This document shows positions 46,230-60,794 of a stretch of DNA of 64,000 nt, piece by piece. The notes below the pieces were generated by a model that ran no database searches, was not told the origin of the DNA, and saw only the letters and a list, made by a program, of their open reading frames with translations. Each line of letters begins with the position of its first letter. Positions within the stretch are counted from its first letter, which is position 1. The stretch is from the human T2T-CHM13v2.0 reference genome, Homo sapiens: assembly GCF_009914755.1 (NCBI RefSeq), contig NC_060933.1. One strand, written 5' to 3'. Made by a program: the position numbers and the translations under genes.

Positions 46230-47880
46230 TGTATTATAGTTTAAAATTTATGAGCTTAATCAAATTTTTATTTTCATCTGAGATTTTTTTATCTGAGACT
46301 TATTTAACTAAAAATAAACATGAAATATAATTTCACTCTAAAAACATTTGTAATGGGTCTTTTTTTAAATTTGCAAACTTTTTATAAATCTTGTGATACA
46401 TAATTCTTTCTTATTTTGGGTTTCATATTATAGTTCTAGGACATTCTTGCCTAAGCCATAGTTTTTTATGCTTAGTTCAAAAGCTGTCAAAAGAGTATTC
46501 TCCTAATACTTTTATCAACTGCATTTCTTCTTTGATTTGCCTAGTTTTCCATTTCAGTATATTTCTATACATCGATAATATTAACCCAGTTTCTTATTTG
46601 TGGCACCTTTCAAAAAGAGTTTCTTGCTTAACATTGAATTTTGTAACTCATGTGTTTGTATCTACAAAATATTTAATGTTTATGGACTTAAACCAATTAA
46701 TATTTTTCTCCGTGCTTTTCACCATTGCTTTTTTGCCTAGAAAGTCCTTTCCTATCCTTCGAAGAGATAATCTGCCTGCACTACCTTTAATTATTTCTAA
46801 GTTCTCTATATTTAATCTTCTTTCTCCTTCTTTCCTCTGGTTTATTTCTCTCCCCCTCTTCTCTCCTAATCTCTCCATCCATCCATCTATCCATCCATCC
46901 ATCCATCCATCCATCCATCCATCCATCCATCCAGTCTTTCTCTCTCCTTATCTGTCTTTCTCTTACTCTCTATTTTGTCATTAAGCTCTTTCATCTGCTT
47001 TTGACATAAATCATAATATAAGGATCAAAACTTATATGTTACCAAATAGTTAACCAATAGTATGCATTATTCCTTGAATAACTTCTATACCAATCCCCCT
47101 CGCTGATTTCCTTTATCTCCTTTATCGTATACCAAATTTTTGTATATTTTTGGATTTGTTTCTGCATCATCATTAGGGGTCATTGTTCTTATACAAGCAC
47201 AACTCTGTTTTAACTATACTCTTAATAAATCCCATTTGATTATATTATTTTTAATGCATAGCTGTATATGATTTGCTAGGGTTTTAGTTACGTATTTTGT
47301 TTTGTGTTTATAAGTGAAATTATGTATAGCTCAATATCTTTGCATCAAAAGAGAACACCTTTATCAAGTTGCATCATTGTTGACAAAAAGAAAAACCAAA
47401 TAGCAAAACTGTTCTATCTTTTATGATAGTTCAAAGACATGGAAATTATAGGATCCTTAAAAATTGTAATGTTTGTTCATAAAATATTGTTCTCCCATTT
47501 CTTCATGGTTTTTACCAAGTTGGATTTGCAACTTCTTCTAATATCATTTTGATAACTCATACCATCTCTAAAAAGGGTTGATAAGTACATTTTTATATGC
47601 ATCTTTGGTCCTAGTTTTGTGAGGAATATTTGTGTTTTGCCAAATTCGTTTTTCATTGAAAATGTGATTTGTCCATCAGGCTATTTAATAGATGAGTTTT
47701 CTCCCAAAGGACCAGATTTTTAAACCATTAATAAGTTCTACGGTTTTGTATTCCTTCACATATTAATTTCTTCTTTTATTTTTATAATTGTTATGTAGGC
47801 TTATTTTTTCTAATTTCTTAATTTAATGTTTATACATTCATTTTCATTTTATTAATCATGATAACATTAAAAATATATCT
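46230..47880 (-). mobile_element. Very old L1M fragments (antisense)
   Basis: T-rich tract with reverse L1 ORF2-like motifs 'gcctagaaagtcctttcctatc', 'aataaatcccatttgat', 'gctagggttttag'. Confidence 0.45.
46874..46932. repeat. (TCCA)n tetranucleotide microsatellite
   Basis: ~14 tcca units with one interruption. Confidence 0.95.
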
Positions 47881-48019
47881 ATGAAAGTCACAAAGTCAGA
47901 AAGTATTTTGTCACTTTGGGCATAATTCAAACTGAGATCTGACATTTTCCATTACTTTATTCTGCCTATAATCATGTACTCAACAGTGATTGAGTCTCTA
48001 ACACAGGCATTTGTTCTAC

Positions 48020-48800
<781 letters not shown>

Positions 48801-48977
48801 CTTAAAGCAATTTTCATGGGCAGGTTTTTGAGCTCTCATTTGGTAAATAAAAGCATCATCCACTGTTTCCCTTTTTGCCTTGAATGTCAAGAAAGTCAAA
48901 GTCATATTTAATCCTCAACCACAGAAATTGTATTAGCCCTTTGAATCAGTATATTTTTATTCACCTCCATTTCATAG

Positions 48978-49944
<967 letters not shown>

Positions 49945-50698
49945 TGATTTAAAAAATTTTTCTATTTCCCTTTTAATAGTTTTATTGACATGACTTCATA
50001 TAAGGCACTGTAAGTCCGTATAGGACTTGTATTCTTCTTCTTTACTATGTTTACTGTTTGGGACATAAAAGTAAAATATTCTCAATGTAGAAAATTTGGA
50101 AAATAAAAAATGTATAAAACATTATAACCAATTATAATTTCATCACTTGTACATAGCCACTATTATTAGTATTTATATCTTTTCTTTTAGTCATTCTTTT
50201 TTGCACATTTTTATAAAAGTGAAAGTTCAAAGTGTATGCAGTATTCTATTGCACCTCTTAAATCACTGTCAAGTTGAGAGCCATTTCTGGCATTTAGTGT
50301 TTACATAATGGCCACATAACGTTATGGTGAATGAATATATTTTACTCTATTTTAGGTGTATATGGGATATTACCAGTTTTTCATTATGAATAACATTGTG
50401 TTACCCATTTTTAAACATAAATCTTTGCTGGCATTTTAGATTTCTTTCCGGATATATACTTACTTAGGTGTAGAATTGAGTATTATGTTTATCTGAAAGT
50501 ATTCCTTACATTCTAAAATAGGCTTGAAAATGGGCTTTTAAAATATGAACTCAGAGTAAGCAGCCGACTATGACTACATGTGACATTGCAAATATTAAAA
50601 AATATTTCTGTAAAGTCTCTTCTCATATTACAGCAGCAATTTCTGAATATATTTGTGGCCTACTGTAATAAACCTCAATTTACACAAATTGCAAAAGG

Positions 50699-53407
50699 TG
50701 TGGTAGTATTGATTGCTGTACACCAAATATCTTCTATTCTCTTTACAGGCATATCTTACGATCGCACTTCTCCATTCCCTTGGAGTTTGATGGGTCATAC
50801 AACTTGTTTGCATAAGTGGACATATGTGTGTAACTTATGAGTGAGGATTAAGAGCAGTATATGACTAGCCATACATCTCTTTCTCTCAGCCATAAAGACC
50901 GACAATGTTCCAGACTGCAGCTACTCTACTAGCTTAGGTTCTGCAGGTAGGAGAAGGCAGAGAAGCCTCCCCATGACAGACACAATGTGAGTAAGGAACA
51001 AACCTTTCTTCTTTAAGCCAGCAAGATTTGAGGATTATTTGTATTCATCCATCTTGAGTAGACTGAATAAGGGCTCCTAACTAATAGAAATTAGTACACA
51101 GAAGTGGGCTTCTACCATAACAAAAATGTGGCATTCATTAAAAGCCGTGGTGAGAAAATTGTCCATGGAGCTGGAAGAATGTTGATGCATGTTGTACAGT
51201 GGCAGACTGTTTGGAAAGATTGTCATATGCAATAACTTGGAGTGAATATCAAATACCTAACAAATTGGGAGAACTGGTGGAGTAAGTTGGAAAAAAATGT
51301 TACTAACATGTATTGGCTACTGGCTCTATCTGACAAGGTACTGTAGTAGAGATAAGATGAAGAAAGAACTAGCTGGCTTGCAAACTAGATTAAACAGAAA
51401 ATAGAAAGTTCACAAATTCAGGGACTGGTAAATTTTTAGAAGAAATGACTACTTCTTATACTTAAACAGTAAAATACAGAGAAATATTTTTGAGTAGTAA
51501 AGTCTGATTAAAATTCAGCCTTGCAGCTAATATTAAATTAAGGATTATCAGTTTCCTATAGCTATTGTAAGAAATTACTAAAAACCTGTTGGCGTAAGAC
51601 AATGCAAATTTACTCATAGCTCTGATGGGCATAAGTCTTAAATGGGCCTCTCTGGGCTAAAATCAAGATGTTGACAGAGATGTGTTCTTTTCTGGAGGCT
51701 GTAAGGGAGAATCCATTTTCTTGCCTTTTCGAGTCCTACAGGCTGCCCAATATTCACTGGCTAGTGGCCCCTTTCCACCTTCAAAGCCAGACGTAACTGG
51801 TTGAATCATTCTCCTATTGTATCCCCCTGACGCTGATTCTCTTTCTATCTCCTGCTTCTGCTTTTAAGAACCCTTGTGGTTACGTTGAGCCCACCTGGAT
51901 AATTCAGGATACCCTCCCTATTTTAAGGTCAGCAATTCCATCTGCAACCTTAATTCTTCTTGACCACATAATATAACATATTCGCAGGTCTGGGGATTAG
52001 ATGGTAGACATTTTGCGGGGACTGTTATTCTGCCTGCCACAGAGTGATACCTAGAATATCTTTTAAACTGGGCAAAATTGTTTTGGGAAAAGACATTAGA
52101 AGTGTGGTTCTGGACACCTGATAGGCACAAGATACCCACAATGCAATCAAGAGAGTAAGGGAAAGGGACAGAAGCATGGGAGTGAGGAAGGAAAGACGCT
52201 TAGCAAATATGACTGTTATATCTAAAAAGAAACTGTCACGAGTTTTGGTACATGAAGCTGACTGAAATCAAAGAGAAAAATTCAGGGAAGTTTTTGAGAG
52301 AATTATATTGCCAAAAGAATCAGCTTGAACTAAAAGAGAATGTGACAGTTCAGGACTTAAAATAACACTGAGGCTTCAACCATCATTGGATAGGATGTAG
52401 GCTAAGGAGGCTGCCTGTTCCCTAAGGGAGGTATATTCCCTGACACCCACTTCAAATGTAGTCAAAGAGGATCATGGAAAGGAAGACTCTCCCAGAGGAC
52501 AGAGACAAGGACCATAGATTCTAGGAGCTAAGGAGACCCTTCTACTCCAGGGCCATCTCAGGAGAAGAGTCCTTGAAGCATTTGCCCAGTAAGACCTGAG
52601 AGTTGCAATGACCCATTGCAGTGATTGTAGTACACCTTCAATTTGTACACTTTCTAAACAAGAGTATTTACTGAGATGATCTTGGCCTGATTTCGCCACT
52701 GCATATTGGCTAGGTAGATGGGTGGGTAGGGAGGTTAGTAACTTGCCTTTTTTAGTTACAGGTCTCTGGGTCATCAGGGGCCATAGCTGGATCTGATGCA
52801 AATATTTCACATCATCCCTAGATATTAGCTTACCAAGGATCCTGGACTGTGTGCTTGATGCTATGATTGGAAGGTGTTTGAGATTGTCTCCTTCGAGGAA
52901 ACAGGAGAGGGAGTGTGTCTTACCTAGAGAAAGCAGAGAGGAACAAATAGTTGGTAGCCACAAGGGCACATTGTAATCAGCATTGGTGCTACTCACTAAT
53001 ATCTGTTCTTTTTTCCTTCTACCCATGTAAAAAAACTGAACTTCTTAGCCCTTTCTTTGTTGTGTCGGGGAATAGTAGTTCTGACCATTGGACCATCATT
53101 TCCAGAACACTTAATTCTTAATGGTGTAAGATGCTCCTTAATTACTGAATTCTAATTCTTAATTAAGTACTTAATTTCTAATTAACGCTTAATTCTAATT
53201 CTTAATGGTGCAGAATATTCCTGAGTTCTCCCTTCTCCCTGTTGAGGTGATCCGAGAAGCATGTGTAAAGATGGAGCTTCCATCAACTTTCTGGAGCTTC
53301 CCTACCAACCCACTCTGGGCATATAGTATGAGGTATAAGTACACTTTTGTTACAACTAGGGAGTTATTCATTACTGTAGCATAAATCAACTTACCCTAAC
53401 TGATACA
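50699..53407 (+). mobile_element. Two-LTR MaLR provirus remnant (MLT1I/J-like LTRs at 50699-51088 and 52972-53407 with internal region)
   Basis: LTR end 'cctaactaataga' then MaLR internal start 'aattagtacacagaagtggg...taacaaaaatgtggca'; pre-LTR tract 'ggtagccacaagggcaca'; second LTR ends 'ccctaactgataca'. Confidence 0.65.
51544..52040 (-). mobile_element. MLT1D LTR nested in the MaLR internal region
   Basis: 'ctggaggctgtaagggagaatccattttcttgcctttt...gcccacctggataattcagga...ttattctgcctgccaca'. Confidence 0.85.
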
Positions 53408-54261
53408 GAACACAATGACCTTTCATTTATTACTTTGTAAAACTTTTATTCTGAGGTTTAAGTGTAAGATCCTGTAAGAGGTTTTAATAGGAATTCATGT
53501 ACATGCCTTCTAATTATACAAAACACTTTCAGGAATACACTTATTGCAGAAAGTAAGCTATAGCTGCTTGTTACCTTCTTCATGTATATAAATTTCAATA
53601 AATTTAAATAAATATTTAAAGATGAGAAAGAGGTGAATTTGTAAGAAAGTCAGATTTATTATACCTGGGGCAACTCCACCTTTCATTGCATCCATCAGTC
53701 AAGGATTTATAACATGGATTATTGGCTCTATTTAATTGTTAAACAGAAGTTGAAGCCTTGGATCTGTCAACTAAGCAGTTTTTGAAGGTTGGGATTGAAA
53801 GGACACATGGAAACCCACCCCATCAAGCAACCCTAGGGTTGGGTCACAAGGGGTAAGACTTATTTGCGTTATGTACATAGAGAACCAAAGGGTAAGTGTC
53901 AAAGTACCAAAAGTCACAGAAACAATATTTATTAACCAAGCCAACATGATAAGAACAAAGTCAAAAGATACAAAAAAGTTATAAAATTTAGGTAAATGCA
54001 CAACTTCAGCTAAAAAAAAAATGTCAAGCAAGTGTAGCAACAAGATGAAAAGGTACAGAATTTTACTACAAACACACCTGAGACAACTGTACCGCTCTAT
54101 CATTGGATGCTATGCTGATCCAGAAGTTAAACACACAGGCTGCTGCAGGTTAAATACACAGGTTTCAGACAGATAGTATTCAGGCTTGGGATGTCATCGA
54201 AATAACTAGGCCATGTTTCTGATATAACTGATAAATTTCTACAGTGATTGTTTTAGGTTCC

Positions 54262-54597
54262 TTTTTTTTTTTTTTTTTTTGAGACAGGGTCTCACTCTGC
54301 CACCCAGGCTGCAGTGCTGTGGTGTGATCACAGTGCTCACTGCAGCTTCAACCTCTTGAGCTTAAGTGATCCTCCCAACTCAGCCTCACAAGTAACTGGG
54401 ACCACAGGTGCGCCACCACACCCAGCATTTTTTTTTTTTTCCTGTAGAGCCAAGGTCTCACTCTACCTTTCATTGCATCTATCAGCCAAGGATTTATATG
54501 TTGCCCAAGCTAGTCTGGAACTCTTGGGCTCAAGCGATTCTCCTACCTAGGTCTCCCAAAGTTGTGGAATTTTAGGCATGAGCCACCATGCCCAGTT
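54262..54597 (-). mobile_element. AluJ with a ~35-bp non-Alu insertion in the left arm
   Basis: 'gagacagggtctcactctg', 'aagtgatcctccca', 'ggaactcttgggctcaagcgat'; extra sequence at ~54463-54496. Confidence 0.9.
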
Positions 54598-55799
54598 GTC
54601 TCAGATTCTTAATATCATGACAACCTCTATGACTTCATAAGAACATACTGGTTTTCATTTAAATAGAAAAGTTGATCACAGAAAAAATTGAAAGGAGAGT
54701 TAAAGGATTACTATAAAGAAGAAAATAGGGGGAGGAGGCAGAGGAGAAAGAGGAGCAGAAAAGGGAGACGTAAGAAGAGATGGGAAAGTAAATGAGTGGT
54801 TAACAAAATAAATAAATAAAAAGATAAGTTTCGCTGACTTTGGAAAGTCTGAGGACCAAAATAGGAATGCTACTGAGGGAGCCAGGGGAAAGGACCCAAA
54901 TAAAAGCTGAAGCAACCGGAAATGTAAAAAAGAATGCAGATTTATTGGTGATGCAGGCAGTTAGACCTGGCCTGAGAATAAAATCACTGTAGATAGTTAC
55001 ACTGGAGTATCCAGAGCCGAGAGAGAGCTCAGTAGGAAACATCTGATGGCTGTGCCAGTGCTCAGCTTAACTTTGGCTCCTATTTTTTCATAGCTGAGAG
55101 AATCTCTGGGTGCCCCTGGGCAACCAGGCACCCCTTCCTACAGATGGAAAAAGGTTTATTACATTTCAGACCAAAAGCAACCAAAGTGTTCTGCAGAAAA
55201 TGAAAAAGAAAATGCTTAATCATTTCTAAAGGTGCCAAATCAATTTCTCCTTGAGAAAGTGCAAACCAGTGTAAAATTTTTAAAATAAAAACAATTTATC
55301 TCGTGTTTTTTTCCAGGTAAAAATGTAAAATAACGCCTTGCTTTCTGATCAACAGTTTGCCTCATCACCAAAGAGTACAGCAATCTTAGAAATGTACCTG
55401 AGGATTTATTCCAAAGCTGGTATAAAACATTTCATTCCAAACCTATATCATTTGAACAAAAATTCATTAGGGTTTATAAATTGAAGAGATGCAAACACAA
55501 AGTTGGCATTCCTTTAACATTTTCAAAGATAATAAAAGTATATAGTGACTGCTTTCACCCAAGTAAGCCTGTCAAAATGTTGGCAATATTGCTTTCGGCT
55601 GTTTTCTGGCAGCATATCTCATTTGAAATATTTTCCTGAGTTAATTTTTTCTATTTAATAAAAGGCTAAACATGAAGACATGTTCTTGGGTCTATAAAGA
55701 ATGCATTAAACCTCTCCTGATGACTTAAAATATCTTCAAAACAGTGGCCATGGTTTGTCATAATTGCATTCTCACTTGTCTATGTTCATTTTTACTTCA

Positions 55800-56020
55800 T
55801 TTGGTTTGTAGAGTGAAATGAGAACTGGATTCAAAGGTGTGCCAATGATGTTGTCTGGGAACTAGATTCATCTCCATAAGCCTCACTCCTTCATCTGCAA
55901 AAGAGGTATAACAATACCAATTACACCCCCTTCACTGGGTTGTTTAGGGAAAAATGACTACTGCAAACTAAAGTCCTTTGAACAGAGAAAAGCATAATGG
56001 AGATTTAAGACATGTACTAT
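55800..56020 (+). mobile_element. MIR
   Basis: 'ctggattcaaa...agcctcactccttcatctgcaaaagag...ctgggttgtt'. Confidence 0.55.
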
Positions 56021-56307
56021 TAGTGGTGTTACTATGATTTCTCTTTTCTAATATAGTTTATGTCAACAGGGCTCCAATGCAAGGGTTTGTGAAAGATCTA
56101 CTGCATATTCAAGCAGGTTTTTGTGCAGCTGGAAAGCCTATGAAGCAGACACCACAGGAGGCCTTACAGCAGTCCAGAGAACTAAGACCTATAAGACACT
56201 AAGAAACTCAATTACCCCCAACCATTGAGGCAAGAGAGTGGTGATGAGCAAGCAATTAGGTGGCAATCATTAGAGGTAAACTAGGGAAAGTTGATCTAAT
56301 CCTTTCT

Positions 56308-56500
56308 CAGTGCTCCTCAGACTTCAGTGTGCTACACACCACCTGAGAATCTCATGAAAATACAAATTCTGATTCAGTAGGTCTGGGGCAGAGCCTGAGA
56401 GTTTGCATTTCTAATAAGTAGTATAGAAATAATATAGTATCTAATAATCAGACAATATGTACACTAATGACCCATGACCTATATTTCAAATGACAAAGAT
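56308..56500. mobile_element. MER5A/B-type hAT-Charlie element
   Basis: 'caaattctgattcagtaggtctggggcagagcctgagagtttgcatttctaa'. Confidence 0.75.
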
Positions 56501-57619
56501 CTATTTCAGACCAGCCTCAAAGGAAATCTGTGTCAGGGCTCTAAGGATGAAATTGGAAACCTAAAATGACTACATTCATCTTAAGAACCTGGGAGCACAA
56601 TTCAGGGCTGCATTTCTCTAACATGTCAGAGTTGGTAGGGCAGTTCCCACGATGGCACACAGGCACAGGGGATTCTGGAGAAGAAAGGGCTCACATTGCA
56701 AATTCTGAGGTGGGTGATGTCAAGACAGATGACCACAAGTAACCACTGCTTGGGTTGGCAGGGGAAAGGATGGCTTCCACTCAGTGGTTGAAGCAGGGGG
56801 TTGTCATGGACAATCAAGAGCAAATGAGAATTCCCAGTGATACCCTGAGGACCACCATGAAGAGGCTTAGGCTGAGGCTGCAGAGATACTGCAAAAGGGC
56901 ATTGAATCAGAAGGTTTGTTGCTGTTATCATAAGCCTGGTGTACCCAAGCTGGTGCCATTTGGAGAAATGCCGGTTATGTCATTATCTACATTTTATTAT
57001 ACAATCATCATTAGTATCAGCATCCTCAGTATAACAGGATGATATCCCTGATATGACCACTGGAAACAAAGCCACTCAACTCTCTTGGGCAGTGATGCTC
57101 CTTTGGTGTTTCCTTCATATAGATAAACCCAGAGAGTCTAATGGAACACAATTTTTTTTTATACAACAATCTTGCATACATAGAAAAACTAATATCTGGC
57201 AAGTAGAATTTTCAGAGGAATTAATCTAATTTAAGAGATATTAACATTCTCATATCAATAAATAGTTAAGAGAAAGGTAATTTGCAAAGAATTCAAATGA
57301 CCAAAAAAACAAAATATTAAGCTATGAGAAGTCATCGGCATTGGCGTTTTTCCAGAGCTTCCCATGTGCTTCAGCTTCCCAAATGGTATCTGCTGTCCTA
57401 AAGAACTATGATCTCTTCTCTGTTCCCTCATAAACCATACACTACATCCAAGTGGTTTTCTACCAAGGTGTCTCATGTTGCTAAATCAGTATAAAATATA
57501 GGACATAGAGCTATAGTCTGTGCACAGAATATTATGTATAAATTTCCAGCTACCATATTTATATAGATACTCCAGCATGAGAGTAAATGTTACTGATAAG
57601 TCTGTCCTACACATGAGCA

Positions 57620-58010
57620 TTATTTATTTTGTTTGTTATTGACTTGTCTCTACCTCACACTGTGCTAGTCACTAGAGTTGCAATCATGGACAATAAGAAA
57701 TATGCCTGTCATTATGAGGATTACAATACAGTGGGGCAGGGGACATAAATAATAGTAAAACATTAGTTGCTGTGATGGGGGAAAAAAAAAAAAAAACAAG
57801 GAGCTAAGCTAGCAGCAGGGAGGACCTACTTCAGATAGAGTGATCAGAGAAGTCCACTCTGAGGTTATAGTGGTGCTGGAAGACAAGCCTAGTGAAGGAG
57901 AACAAGGAGAGTTTTTCTAGAAAAGAGAAGCTGTTTGTAAAAGCCTGAGGCAGGAAAGAAATTGGCATGTTCAAAAAATCAGCAAGAAGCCAACCTGTTT
58001 AGAGCTACCA
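57620..58010 (-). mobile_element. L2 fragment
   Basis: 'cacactgtgctag...gatagagtgatcagagaag...aaagcctgaggcaggaaag...catgttcaaa'. Confidence 0.6.
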
Positions 58011-58274
58011 AAAAGTATAAGCCAAGTTCTTCGCAGTTGAGGATAAATTGGTTTGTTTCTCAACTTAATGAACACTAATTCATCACCTATACATCAAATA
58101 CTCTATTTGAACAAGACAACTCTCTGTGAAGCTTATGTTCAAATGAGGGAGATACACTCTCCTGATGTGTTATCATAGAAGCACTGGAAGCCATTGGAAT
58201 ACATAGGTAGTTGGGGGCAGGGGTGCTTTTTAGAATATTTTTTTAAACATCATTATTTTCATAATATAAAATTT

Positions 58275-58640
58275 TCTTTTTTCAACTTTTAAGTTCAGTT
58301 TTAACTTTTATTTTAAGAAATATGTGCTGGTTTCTTATATAGGTATACTCGTGTTATGGGGGTTTGTTGTACAGATTATTTTATCACCCACGTATTAAGG
58401 CTAGTACCCCTTAGTCATTTTTTCCTGATCCTCTCCATCCTCTCACCCTCCAGTAGGCCCCAGTGTCTGTAGTTCTCCTTTGTGTATCCATGTGTTCTCA
58501 TCTTTTTGCTCTGACTTATAAGTGAGAACATGAAGTATTTGGTTTTCTGTTCCTGCTAAGGATAGTGGCCTCCAGCTCCATCCACGTTCCTGCAGAAGAC
58601 ATAATCCCTCATTTTTTGGGGTGGCTGTATAGTATTCCAT
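58275..58640 (-). mobile_element. L1PA (older, PA13-16-like) 3' end, 5' truncated
   Basis: 'gggggtttgttgtacagattattttatcaccca...cttataagtgagaacatg...ctccagctccatcca...tagtattccat'; possible TSD attttctt. Confidence 0.88.
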
Positions 58641-60410
58641 TTTCTTGTAGGAAACAATCAGTTACATTAACTTAAAAAATATTTACATTGAAATATTAGA
58701 TATTTCAAATTATTCAAAAAGTTGAAATACATGTTCCTTACTTCCAATATTTCTATTCCAACTGGCAATATGTATGAAAAGTTCAAGGAAAGGCAAGTTG
58801 TATTGACTGATTCTTGAATTTTTGCTCAGCATGAGACCTAGGAATGTCAGCCATTCTTTCTGGATTTCTCTTTTCAGGACTAACCCATTCATTGAGCAGG
58901 TTACTACACTTTATGTGGAAATATCCTGTCTGCATCAACAGATTATAAATTTCTTGAGGGCGAAGATTTGGTATTCTTACCTTCAAATGACTCAAAACAA
59001 TATTTTGGATAAATTAGAATCCATATAAATTGGTTCATTCAGATTCATAAAGTATTTCAAAATATCTCCAGGGTCCTTATATATCCCAATGTGTGATTAA
59101 TTTGAAATAACTTTCACTACTTCCTTTTCAAGTGAGGGTTTTGGATCCTGGCTGTCTTTTAGAAAGAATGTGACCTCCTTACCAGACACTTTCCCCTCAT
59201 TCTTTGTAGAAACGAAAACTAAACAGGGAAGCTTCCTCTGTCAGGAAATCTGATGCTAAATCACTCTTTCTTCCATCACCAATGAACTCAATCATCTCAT
59301 GCCAATACAATTAAATTAAGGCTCTTCAGCACCACTTGGCACATAGATTATATGATTCCTGTTAAAAAACAAATCCAAACATAGAGAATCTTTTGGAGAA
59401 AATCTATTTTGAGAAGGTATTTTTATTGTTAATAATTTTATCAAAAAAATTTACCTTTGTAGCTGAAGTTTTTTAAGGAATCTGAGCCCCGGGATAATTT
59501 TTGTTTTCCTCTGAACTTTGGCCAGAGTAACTTATACGTACATGAAGGCAGGAATTTTTCCTAATATTACTAAGAAGCATGAACACTCGGTTTGGACATT
59601 GACTGGCCTGAATATGATAAATAATATATTTCCTCTTTCAAACTTCTACATGTACCAAATATTATAACTTTTTGCTCAAACAATTGCATCTTAAAATTTC
59701 CATGTAGTCACAGCCAAACTCCTTAGAAGGTTAAAATGTATTACATAGTAGAATCAATTTACTTTTTAAAAGGAAGAACTGCACATACCAACTGGTAATG
59801 GTAATATTAACTAATTGCTTTTATAGGACACCAGACTAAGTGAACGACCTTAGGCAGATATTTAAGCATTTTGCCACTACCCATTTAAATTTTGCCATGA
59901 TCGATTTAGGTCGTCCACTTCAAAATTCCAAGTACTATTTCTCAAGATAATGTATATAAAATATTTACAGCTTGGCTTTTAGAGACTTCTACAGTTTTCT
60001 GTCAATACCATAATCACCATAGAAACTATGAGTGTGGGAAATTAAAGGGCTGTGTGGTGGCCATCCTTTGAGTTTGCAAAGCCTGCTCTTGTGCTTGGGG
60101 CAAGCAAGCCTAATTTGTCAACTGAGGCAACATGGTTGCAGTCTCAGGTCAGTGATCGTGCTCCAATTGGAGCAGCAATCACTCTGAAACTATCCTAGCT
60201 CAGCAACTAGCTCACATTCCAAAAAGAACTGCAGTATTAGCACCTGAGCTCCAGCCCTGGAGTTATCAGCAAAAACGCTGTGGCTCCCCCGTCATTCTTT
60301 CCATAAATATTCATTGGGCATCTACTATGTGTCATCAGGGACTGTACCAAGTATGGTAGAATACATAGATTAAAACTGATGATCCCATCTCTTAAGAAGC
60401 ATGCATTCTT

Positions 60411-60780
60411 GGATGGGCGTAGTGGCTCAAGCCTGAAATCCAAGCACTTTGGGAGGGCAAGGTCGGCGGATCACGAGGTCAGGAGTTGGAGACCAGCCTG
60501 GCCAACATGGTGAAACCCCGTCTCTACTAAAAATACAGAAATAAGCCTGGCGTGGTGGCGTGTGCCTGTGATCCCAGCTACTCAGGAGGCTGAGGAAGGA
60601 GAATTGCTAGAAGCCAGGAGGCGGAAGTTGCAGTGAGCCGAGATTGGGCCATTGCACTCCAGCCTGGGTGACAGAGTGAGACCTCTGTCTCAAAAAACAA
60701 ACAAACAAACAAACAAAAACAAACAAAAAAACAAAAACAAACCAAAAAAAGCCAGCCAACCAACCCACCAACCAAAAAAA
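60411..60780 (+). mobile_element. AluSg-like with extended (AAAC)n tail
   Basis: 'ggatcacgaggtcaggagtt'; long aaac/aacc tail. Confidence 0.92.
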
Positions 60781-60794
60781 GGCCTATTAATTTG

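Noticed and set aside
46532-46984. 150-aa ORF with (SIHP)n and the opposite-strand (MDGW)n ORF
   Set aside because: Translation of the (TCCA)n microsatellite and T-rich antisense L1.
52472-53026. 184-aa minus-strand ORF
   Set aside because: Antisense to the MaLR internal region and LTR, with no gag, pol or other recognisable motif.
59880-59897. Possible third copy of the 7.3/12.3 kb duplication ('cccatttaaattttgcca')
   Set aside because: Similarity does not extend on either side.
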